DNA from: Trichoplax adhaerens
Lineage: Eukaryota > Animalia > Placozoa
Direction: 5' to 3'
DNA length: 64,000 nt
NCBI RefSeq assembly: GCF_000150275.1
Contig: NW_002060979.1
Location: forward strand, 295,732 to 359,731
Shown: positions 42,501 to 52,308 of the stretch, piece after piece
Layout: every line of letters starts with the position of its first letter
Position numbering within the stretch: position 1 is the stretch's first letter
Translations under genes and position numbers: made by a program
The notes under the pieces: generated by a model
The model's database searches: none
What the model was told of the DNA's origin: nothing
What the model saw: only the letters and a program-made list of their open reading frames with translations

Positions 42501-44250
42501 AGTTCTTTTATCAATTTTTATATATTTAGTAGTAACCAATGCCCGTATTATTTATTCTTATTAATAAAACTTTTATTGATAATTTGCTTGTTGCTTTTAG
42601 CTGTCATCGAGTATGAATCAAAATAGTCTTACAAGAGCCAATTATTTAGATTCAGTGGTAGAATCATTCACGTAAGCAGATTGGGATAATTTCTTCCTTG
42701 GAGCAATGCAAGATTATGTCAATGAAATTTACAATTTAATCCCTCTTTCACTTAAATAACTGAATGTGCGCCCTTTATTAAAAGAGTAAGCAGCAAAATG
42801 TTGTTAATTTTATATTATTAGGCAAACAATCAATGGAATGACTTCTTGCCACTATATTTTAATTTTAAGAGCTACTTCCAATATTACTGTAGTGCAGCTA
42901 AATACAGTAGCTGGTAGCGTTGTAAGAATTGGAAATTATAATGTTACTCAATCCAGCCTCTCAGGTATGAAAGTAATTTTCTTTCGTAAATTATTGCAAT
43001 ACTAATTAATTAATGATTAATCTTGGAAAGATTACAATGAATGTGAAAACTTAACTCCCTGTGGGCAAAGTAAAATTTGCAACAATACCATTGGAAGCTA
43101 TAAATGTAACTGCATAGCTGGGTATGCTAGAAATTCTTCTAATGGACTCTGCCAAGGTTAGTTTTTATTAAACTATTTCTTTACAACTTTAATTCATCAT
43201 TAATTAAATGGAAGACACTAACTGTCCTTTAATTATGGAGGATAAAGGTGATTAGTACCGTTTCATTTTGATTTTACTAATTTTCTGTAATTCTTAATTT
43301 GCAATACAGCAAATTGCCCTAGAAGTTACTGCTTAAACCAAGGTCAATGCTATTACAATAACGGCAAGATGGCATGCTCGTAAGTAATAATTTCACATAA
43401 CAGGATGTTGTATGTTTCGGTCCGAATTTGAAATAGTAGTATAAATGTCATTAAAAAATTGAAATTCTAATTTGCACCGCATCCTTTGTAATCTATCAAC
43501 AGATGTACCGCCAGCTATACCGGTGATAGGTGCCAAAACGTTCGTCTGTCAGGTAAAACTTTTAGATAAAGAATGCACAACTACAAGTATAAACATACAT
43601 CGAAACTAAATTTCAATCTAAATTCATGTCAACATGAACTAATGTCTATATTTTATTGTAGTCGTAGCAATCATCGGAATATCTTTGGGTTCTGTTGTTG
43701 GAGTAATTACAATAATTGCCCTAGTTGCATTCGCAATCAAAAAATGTAGATCAGAAAAAACGTAAGTTAGAGTAATGAACAAGGGGCTTCAAGTTAATCT
43801 ATCCTGATACTATTTTGTATTAGCAATAATATTAATACTTTATAATTTACTAGAGCTCACATAACTGATGATCAGGACGGCAAAAGTACCGAAAATATGT
43901 TTATGTCCTCTGTTTTAGTTGGTGAGTCAACATGAATCATAAAACACTAATAGATGTACTAGAACAGCAATGAAATAAATTCTTTGCCTACGATATCACA
44001 CCAAATATCTTTTTTGATAAATTAACGGTAATTATAAATACTTTATAAATAACATGAATAGGAGGTACAATTAATAGAAACTATAAGAATGATGATGAAA
44101 AGGAAAATGAATATGAAGCCGTGTAAGTTGACAATGCAATATTGTATTAAAGCTCTACGTAAATCTCAGGCTGATATTGTTACCTTACTGATCTCGCGGT
44201 ATCTAAATCAATTAATCACCATTAATCGATATAGTGAACCAATGATTTAA
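24577..44250 (+). CDS. Gene C: giant mosaic transmembrane mucin-like protein (MUC4/SUSD2/Mesh-type NIDO-AMOP-VWD core), ~3,190 aa: EGFx3-FZx2-SRCR-EGFx2-SRCR-EGFx4-SRCR-EGFx2-SRCR-FZx2-S/T stalk-EGF-Ig-EGFx9-NIDO-AMOP-VWD-cadherin-like-EGFx4-SEA-EGFx2-TM-tail
   Basis: 54 phase-consistent GT-AG exons traced: 24577-24699, 25166-25300, 26174-26305, 26647-27015, 27306-27315, 27481-27875, 28134-28472, 28627-28743, 28837-28941, 29053-29382, 29523-29639, 29999-30109, 30216-30326, 30451-30564, 30681-31007, 31430-31549, 31747-31857, 31939-32256, 32353-32383, 32825-33240, 33475-33496, 33594-33973, 34082-34334, 34402-34457, 34635-34766, 34912-35211, 35586-35696, 35782-35889, 35960-36070, 36232-36339, 36528-36638, 36729-36836, 36935-37048, 37348-37458, 37550-37669, 37856-37983, 38139-38510, 38983-39432, 39551-40337, 40459-40722, 40820-41117, 41236-41447, 41524-41646, 41774-41926, 42026-42132, 42601-42671, 42822-42964, 43031-43156, 43310-43379, 43503-43552, 43662-43761, 43854-43921, 44062-44122, 44235-44250. 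Diagnostic motifs: IRLVNG/VRLQGG..GICDD..CRQLG (SRCR); 10-Cys CRDs with CREDC; [17 protein letters not shown] (Ig); IIAPFFAD and TNTFQLVL (NIDO); RPCPC..QRCCY (AMOP); [19 protein letters not shown] (VWD). AATAAA at ~44350. Confidence 0.9.
26647..27875 (+). other. Frizzled-type cysteine-rich domains 1 and 2 of gene C
   Basis: Two exons, each encoding 10 Cys in FZ/CRD spacing (CSVYKGSFC...CQSDC; CFVYSGNVC...CKSDC), ROR/MuSK-like start C-x-x-Y-x-G-x-x-C. Confidence 0.8.
32825..33973 (+). other. Frizzled-type cysteine-rich domains 3 and 4 of gene C
   Basis: 10-Cys domains [12 protein letters not shown]...LCREDC and CEMYRGSMC...ICYSAFPVC...ICREDC. Confidence 0.85.
37856..40722 (+). other. NIDO-AMOP-VWD module of gene C with GDPH autoproteolysis motif (39779-39790)
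   Basis: ORFs 38127.., 39034.. and 39599..; sequence [31 protein letters not shown] is typical of the MUC4/SUSD2/Mesh AMOP-VWD junction. Confidence 0.9.
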
Positions 44251-44763
44251 CTCCAAGGATTCTAATGAAGATTTTGTATAAGAAACTCGCTAGAAAACTT
44301 CATACTAGGCTATGATAGAAAGAAACTTATAGCAGATGAAATTCAATGAAATAAATCTTTTTATCGTCATTCTATAAATTAGTGCTAAATTACTTCCTTG
44401 TTGCTATAGGATCAATGTAAGCTTTAACTCTTTCATGACGCTAGTTATAGGTAGTTTGTTTATAATTTTTTGGATTGTTCTACTTCTTCAAGTTCGCTTT
44501 TAGTAAGAAAAACTTGTTCGCTAATATTTTCAAAGTACACATTCAGTAATACTAATTTATGCTTGTTAATCGATTCTTTCACGATTTGAATAAAAATTAA
44601 GACATTTTTTACCTTGCTTACCTGTTTTAAGTTATTTAGTAAGGCATACTCGTACATGTACAGTAATAAACAGCCTCTAGTTTATATTTTGATAGGATAA
44701 TGAGGAAAATATATCCGTAAATGGGCTATGAAGTATCACTTTTATCATCTCAATTGAAAGCAG

Positions 44764-44813
44764 NNNNNNNNNNNNNNNNNNNNNNNNNNNNNNNNNNNNN
44801 NNNNNNNNNNNNN
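44764..44813. other. Assembly gap (50 N); further gaps at 58785-58834 and 60045-60094
   Basis: Runs of N. Confidence 0.99.
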
Positions 44814-45346
44814 CAATCCTCATGGCTGCATTCTGAAGAAGCATAGACTCCATCCTCGGCAGCTTACATCACTGCTGCAGGGATTAGCTAGACACTAAAT
44901 CATGTTCTCTAGCACCTCGTCTAAACACTTCCGCGATCAGTTTCAAATTTGAGCGAAAATATTCGTTTACGCGGATTGTATATTTTGTAAAGAATATGGT
45001 AAACGCTATATAGAAATCTGTGCGTTCAGTAATAGATATTGAACATTTTTGTGCTAAAAGCCCGGCTACGCAGGATTTCGTGGTGTCATAAACAAGATTC
45101 GTGATAAAGATAACGTAAAGCAAATCTCTAAATTACTTAGTCTCCGAGATTGAGTATCCCTGAACTACCTCAAAAGAATTTAGACGCTTTTGCTTCTATG
45201 TTAAAACATCTATAGAACTCTTCTTTTATTCGGCTAACTGCCTAGCTTGAATACCTTTCGGCAGCAACTATCTTGTATAAGTCATAATAGTTCATGAAGT
45301 TAACTCATATTAGATATCTAAATTAATACAAAAATTATTCATAATC

Positions 45347-45757
45347 TTAGACATGTATTTGATTTCCATAAATATCATATACTTCTTCGAAAGTAAATTT
45401 ATCGGTGCCTTCGAGGAATGATTTCCCATAATTCATGAGAAATTTTTGGCCTTTAGGAACAGTAACAACTCGGTTGTCTCTCGCAAAGTACATTAAATCT
45501 ATTATGTAGTGACTTTCTTCATAGTTTTTAAAAGCATACTCTAACTCACCGTTCTTATTAGTCCTAAAGGTTCTATTATCTCCATTTGCTGCGAATCCAT
45601 AATGGCGATAAGCGCATTTATGGAGATAATACGAGACTATTTCTGCTCGAGTAGGATGAATGTTGCGCAAACATTCCGAAACGGAATGACTGCAATAGGT
45701 TGGATCCTGTTGGCGATAAACCTCTTCACTGCAATTTTTACTGTTGGAAAGTTTTAT
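45347..45757 (-). CDS. Orphan ORF (~136 codons stop-to-stop) with a weak SET-domain-like C-terminal motif
   Basis: ORF track 45347..45670 extends upstream to a TAG at 45758-45760. YFARDNRVVTVPKGQKFLMNYGKSF resembles the SET 'A.rdI.kGEEL..dYG' motif. Confidence 0.3.
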   Translation of the reverse strand: MKLSNSKNCSEEVYRQQDPTYCSHSVSECLRNIHPTRAEIVSYYLHKCAYRHYGFAANGDNRTFRTNKNGELEYAFKNYEESHYIIDLMYFARDNRVVTVPKGQKFLMNYGKSFLEGTDKFTFEEVYDIYGNQIHV

Positions 45758-48700
45758 CTAGTATATGAAACGCACCCATTTCATTTCATCAAGATGTGTG
45801 TATCGTAGCGTAGTTTTTACTCGAATGCGTAAACGTATTTCTGCTACATGTAGTTTGTTATGAACTGCTCTGTGACGAGTAATATGCCTTAACACATAGA
45901 CTACTATATTCTCGTGTGAAGGCAAGAAACGATTTTTGTAAGTTGTACCTGACTTTATATACCGTATCTCTGTACACCGTAATGGTGCGATACCCCCTCC
46001 GCCACATTGTACTATAATCTATTCCGAAAAGAATGAACACATCACGAACATCACGAAGTTACATTGCAATTACAAGGTGCGCTGGTACCACAACCATATT
46101 GCACGTTACTCTATACATTTTACAACTACAGACGTTACATAGTTAGAATTACTCATGTCTTTACATACAGGCGATGAGTAGCATGGGGCCTAATATATGA
46201 TGGCCGAATTTTGTCTATTGATCCTAACTACGTATGTTAAATATATAACTATCATTGTATCAGTTCATACCATAACTAATATTGCAATTTGATAGGCTGG
46301 AGCAGTTCACATTTGGCATAATATGCCATTCCAGTATTAAATTTGTTTAGTTTGAAATAAAGCATTGCTTTTGTAATGCAAGGTTGGATGAGTGAACGGT
46401 AGCAAAGTTGGTTGGCATGCAGATAATTACTCCAATAATTTAGTCGAAAAAAAATTTATTGTATACGGTAGTGCCATAAATTTAAATTGCGAATTACTAC
46501 CTTAAACTAATAGATTACTTATTCCTATCTCCATTACACCTGGAGGTATTATTGTGTGGTAGTCCTATACTACTTCCGGTCACACAGGAATAAGGCTGTT
46601 CTAAAAGTTTAGTATAGTTTTTATTAATAGAGTAGCCAAAACGCTATCTAATCACGAATTGAAGAGCTGAGCATTCGCTCCTTCTTTTATGCCCTACCAT
46701 CAAACTTGTGGTGCACACATAGTAATTTAGCAACGTAACATTTACTTGATTCGTACTGGAAAACAGCCCTCAATAAATTATATAGTTTACCATAGCAATA
46801 ATAAAAGACTATTACTCTGTCATTACATATAGATACAACTAGCAAACAACTATAATTGGCAATAACTAATACGTAGTCAATTAAACAAACGAGGCTCAGA
46901 GCATGCTATTCGCACGTTAATAAGGTACATTCTCACAATGAACTTTTGTTAACTTCCGGGGCTCGAGACAGTATTATGTTACACTAATGAGTCATTTACC
47001 TACCTTCCATACCAGTTACACCCGTTATTATGTTTAATCTTAATGAACTGTGTAGGGAGTCTATTAACGGAATTTAGGATTGACTAATTTCACTGCTTGA
47101 CCATAAATTATATAAGATATAGTGTCTTAAGAGTATTCTTTAATACCTGTAATATTTACTGACGCAAGTGCTGAATTTTAGGAAATAGGTCAGCTAGATT
47201 GTAATCTAGTTGTTTTTAGTGATATTAGAATCATCAGAATGACTATTTGAGTCTATAATGAGATTCAATATACAGTAGGTATATAATTAGTTTTTCACGT
47301 ATTGCCCTTTATCACTTTTTCGTCTCATTCTTTTGTAATGAAATAAAAAGTGTAGAGATCAACCTACGAAAGAAACTTTAACAAGCTTTGATTCTACTTT
47401 CGTTGCACTCCGGTCGACTTAACGAAACTTTGACACCAAATAAAATTTGGGGAAATAACCGAACAGCAATTTATTACAAAACAAAAATGGAGAGAAGTAC
47501 AAACCGAACAACCTTACAAATACTTAGCTTTAAGTATTAATAAAATAAATGACAGACTTAAAAACTGCCAACGACCAAACAACCTTTTAAAATGAAGAAC
47601 GTTTTAACTTACGACAATTCGACCCCGAAGGCCTTTTAAATTCAACAAGTTCTTCAAATAAAATCTTCTACTCTCTCTAAATTTTCTAATTGCACTATCA
47701 TTAATAGGCTTTGTAGAGCCGCCAGAGGTATTTTAAACTAAATGTTTGCTAACCAATCGCTCTTAAGATCCGTTTTAGAAAACTACTTTGCACCATTTAA
47801 GAAAACAAAAATCACTCAAAGTTCAGACACAACTTACCCTATGATTCCATTACAAAACACTATAAACCAACAAGTTAACTATGAAAATACATCAAACTTC
47901 ACTTCTAACTTAATTTCTATCATTAATACACTATAAAAGTCAAAAAATAACAGTCTAACTACTTAATAATCAACACAACCTCTGCCAATTTCCATCTTAT
48001 TTTCTATTTTCCTCACTAAACTTTCCTAATGTGACTTTCGCGTCACGTCATAAAATTCCAAAGTTTCAAATTCATAACAAAAAGTTCAAATTTAAAAAAT
48101 CAAGTCTTACGATATTATCCATGAACAAAAATCCAAAAATTATAACAGGAAAATTATATCGGACATTAATCCGACCGGTTCCGGAATCCGAATCCGAAAA
48201 ATCCGGATTTTATAAAGATCACAATAATCGATTATCAAAAAATTTTATATGACTATTACGACTACTTTTCTGATATTAGTATCGCTGAGTATTGACAGTT
48301 GATGTTTTAGCGTCAGATTGTACGGTAACTGTACGATTATACACTACATTACAGTACTTTACCGCCATTTTAAAAATCCCCTTTCCCTAAGGATAGGGTT
48401 TTGTTACTAAGTCAAATTCCTTTACAATTTGAATAGATGATCAAACGCCCTTTCTTTAGATTAGGCAATAGCTCTATGGCTACTACTATAGTAACCTATA
48501 TAATACCTTGTAAAATAATGAAGAAGAAAAGATGGTGACATTCTGATTTGGCAGGGTAAAACTTAAAGACACTATCACTTTCTAGGTATTTTCTATAGTA
48601 AAATAATACTAGTTACATACTAAACGCTATAAAGGACTCTACTTATAGTCCTTTATAACACTTTGCCTATAAGTAAATACCAATAAAAACGCTGCAGTTT

Positions 48701-49410
48701 GAGTTTCCGTCATTTGTCATTTAAGAACTTAAAAAAATTTCTATTTCATCATTTGGCGCATATTGATAAGATTTCTGACACCGATAGCGATATTTTATAG
48801 GGCATCTTTCAGCTCCTTTTTCTGTCAAATACATATTGAATTCAATACAAGTTATACAATACGGTATCGAGCTCACCATCACAATTTGAATCTAGCAAGC
48901 TATCATAAGAAATGTATTTATCAAAGATCACTGTTTAATAAGGTGTTAAGAAATGATCACTAATTATTTAATTAAATACTTCAAGATTAGATTCGTCAAA
49001 AAATATTTGGAATCAGAATATCCAGAATCATTTTTATTATTTTCAGGACAATGATAATAAACTAAACTTCGCAATCTACTCTTGATATACAGCAGCATAA
49101 AATATTTTTCATTTTCTATTTTATAAAAAGGCAAAGGATTTAGTTGTTAAAATAGCGGTTATATGTAATACCTTATATTTATTTTTAAATAACAATGCAA
49201 AAACTATGGAGTAAAACTTTAGTGGCAATATTAGCTAAGAGTTTTATATCTTTCAATTAATTTACTCTACCACGATAATACTATTACCAACCATGTAATT
49301 ATTATGTCTTCTATGGAACAGCGATTACTATCGATTTCGTCGTCATTTCACTGTATCATTAACAGGCATCACTTCAAACTAGGTCAACATCTAAAGTTGA
49401 ATTAAAGTTC

Positions 49411-50040
49411 TGCCATAAAATAGCTTTGCAACAAGATAACGTAATGTACCATAAATAAGTCAATTTCTTGAACCACGTATCAAGGAACGATATCAGCACT
49501 ATCAGGAACAATTTTGCTCTATTAGCAGACTACACAAAGACTTAGACACCTCTTATTTTACGTTAAACACTAAGTTTAAGAATTAACTTTATTACACGAT
49601 ATATTGCGTTTATATACTCTTCCTCAATAGCTCATAAGTCATAGTTAGTACGATTAACTTAGGAATCATTCTCTGAATTAGACATTAATTTTAGCTACTG
49701 CTCCCTAATACAGACTACAGTATTTATAAACATAGACATCTGATGACTAATACAGAATAGTCAGATTACGATATGTCCTATCACGGAACGTTTCCAAGAT
49801 AATTTACAATCTACCATGAGTAAGTTACAGTCACAACGATTCGAACTGTAAGTCGATAATTCGAATTCCCTAATACAACTATTAATTTCAGTATATGTAT
49901 AATATGTCACTGTCACATAAAGCCAGTGCTATATTAAAACACGATATATACAAATTAGAAGTTAACTAAATAAGGATAGGCTAACGAATTTATCCTAACA
50001 TAGATATTTCTATTCTAAGACAGTATATAACACTATCACA
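49411..50040 (-). mobile_element. Solo LTR, family 1, older diverged copy (630 bp)
   Basis: TGCCATA...TATCACA (decayed termini) with perfect TSD agttc (49406-49410 and 50041-50045). Colinear with 12966-13596 but with many more substitutions. Confidence 0.85.
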
Positions 50041-52308
50041 AGTTCAAAGAAAATGTTAATTAATACATGAACCTTTCCAGTATCATTATTAGAAGCATCT
50101 TCTATGCTTATAAAACTTCTTATCATTAATAAATGTAATGTTTAAGTTATTCATGTCCCTGCAATTAAGTCATTAATTAAGTCAATTCCAATTCGTCATT
50201 TAGCTATTTTCCAATTAGTATTATATATCCCAATATTTCACTCTGCAAGATAGGAAATTGTATAGTGTAGACTGATACAAAACTGTTACAAACTAACATT
50301 GCAACGACAATACCATAAATTGGAAACCAATTTCTGAATTCATAAAGTTTTAAAGAATAAATGGCCCTAACTCTAACTTACAGTTGATAGTGATCAAAAA
50401 TCCGCTAAGTTTACCTTAGCTAAAAATCAGAAATCCGATTTTCTCCTGTAATCTGTCGAATATTAACTCTCTTCGGTCGTTAACAGCTATACTTAAATTC
50501 CTCAAAATTAAGGCTGCTAATATACTGTGGTATTATACGAATATATAGATAGTGTAATATGATATTTAATATACGTAATTAGCTGATAATGTGGCTGTCC
50601 GAAGAACCTTCCATGATACAACGTAAAGTCTACTACCTATAGAATTATTCTTATAAAGATTCAAACAGAAAATAATTAGTCTCATCTAACACTTAATAAA
50701 GGTTATAATTAGGTATACATGTAAAATTATGAAGAAATTCAAAATTTCTGTGAATTGGAAATTCATTAATTTTACAGAAAAGTATACGTCCACGGCCTTG
50801 GGAATGATTTTGCTCAATCGATCATAATTTCACATACTGTAAATGAGCAATGAGCTCATAGTAATATGATAGAGGGGGCTAATAACGTAACTTTTCTGAA
50901 CGCTTCTGTATAGAATGTTTCACATTTTAAAAGTAGATGCTATAAAGAGTGAAATATTTTGAACTTGTTAATTTTATATTTTTGAAATTTGGTTATTATT
51001 GTGATTTATTTTCTTGTGTTTACGTAATTGGTATACGTTATAAAAATATATTATAACTATATGGCTAAATGTACCTAATTAGTGATAATAATTATAATTG
51101 TTTTGAATGCTATTTTTTTAACTTCTAAAATTTCATGAATTATTTGTAATAACTGGCAACACAATTGTTATTCGGTATCTTTCATATGGCTTTATTGTAG
51201 CAAAATTTCTCACTTACAAGCTATCATCAGATTTAATAAGTACTAATTTATTGGATGATTAGGAATTAAGTCTCTTTATTTAATGTGTGATGAAATCTAA
51301 TTCATTCAGTGACATTAATAGTAATTAATCAGTTACGTAGAGGTACATCGATTATTGTTACTGATTAAAAAATTTTTCTCACTCAAAATTATTTACTGCA
51401 ATACTTTACATTTTATGATACTGTTTAAATCAGCCCCATCACACTGCCTTACAGAATATCTGTTTCTGTTTCAATTTCTTTCAATGGTAACTTTCTTATT
51501 ATTTTCTACGATGACAATATAAATTAATTACCAATAAGTCAATTCTACCGTACCTCATAATTTGTATGGAGCTGCAACAGTTTCAACATATTAATAAAAT
51601 ATTGAAAAGCGCGAGTTCTTGCACAGTCTTGAGAAATTAATTATTGAATTTCGTTTAAACATTTTTCGTAGCAATACATTAATCTTCAATATAAATGTTT
51701 AATAAAAGGTTATGATGAAAATTTGACATCTTTGCTTTTAAAATACAGTATTCTTACTTCAAATTGATAACGTGTTATTAGCTGAACTTTAATGTAAATC
51801 CCACTGTAAGTAAAAAAAGTACTATGATTGGCATCTTCTATTGCATAGATAACGGCTAGTAAGCAATTGTTTCTAAGCTGCTCAAATAACAGTTGTCACT
51901 TTAATTAGATTATTAAGGTAACATTCAATTGTAATCTATCTAACAAGATTAAAGTTCAAGTTTCCAATAAATTACGTACTTAGAAAGCGGACTCGAATAA
52001 AACGTTTTAAACCTTTTGAAAAAAACTTTAACATGTTTGTACTGTTATTAATTGTTAGAAAACGCTAAATTATCTTTCTGTATATGTGCCAGCTTTGATT
52101 AGTTTATGTTATCAAGTTACATTATTTTAAGATAGCCTTTTATTTAAACTGGATTCTTGAAAATTAAATAATAAACATTGAGAATTTTTTCAGTAGCTAT
52201 ATCTTCTGTAAGCGGATAAGAAATAATTTCTACGAAAGCACTAATAAGATTTTAAATTTTGTACAGAGTCAATTGCAAACTTTTTCAAACTATCACCGGT
52301 AATCAGTT

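Larger units (their letters stand above)
44340..48266. mobile_element. Possible decayed DNA-virus/Polinton-like relic: intronless ORF fragments plus (ACT)n-like terminus
   Basis: Closely spaced minus-strand ORF pieces (44460-44657; ~44884-45295 with stops/frameshift; 45347-45757), a G-poor disabled plus-strand ORF at ~47345-47936, AATCCG-rich subterminal repeats at 48130-48210 and the end ACTATTACGACTACT at 48252-48266. No hallmark protein recognised. Confidence 0.3.

Noticed and set aside
24577-44250. Assigning the symbol MUC4, SUSD2, mesh or Notch to gene C
   Set aside because: It shares only part of the architecture, has no LNR/ankyrin repeats, and orthology cannot be established without a phylogeny.
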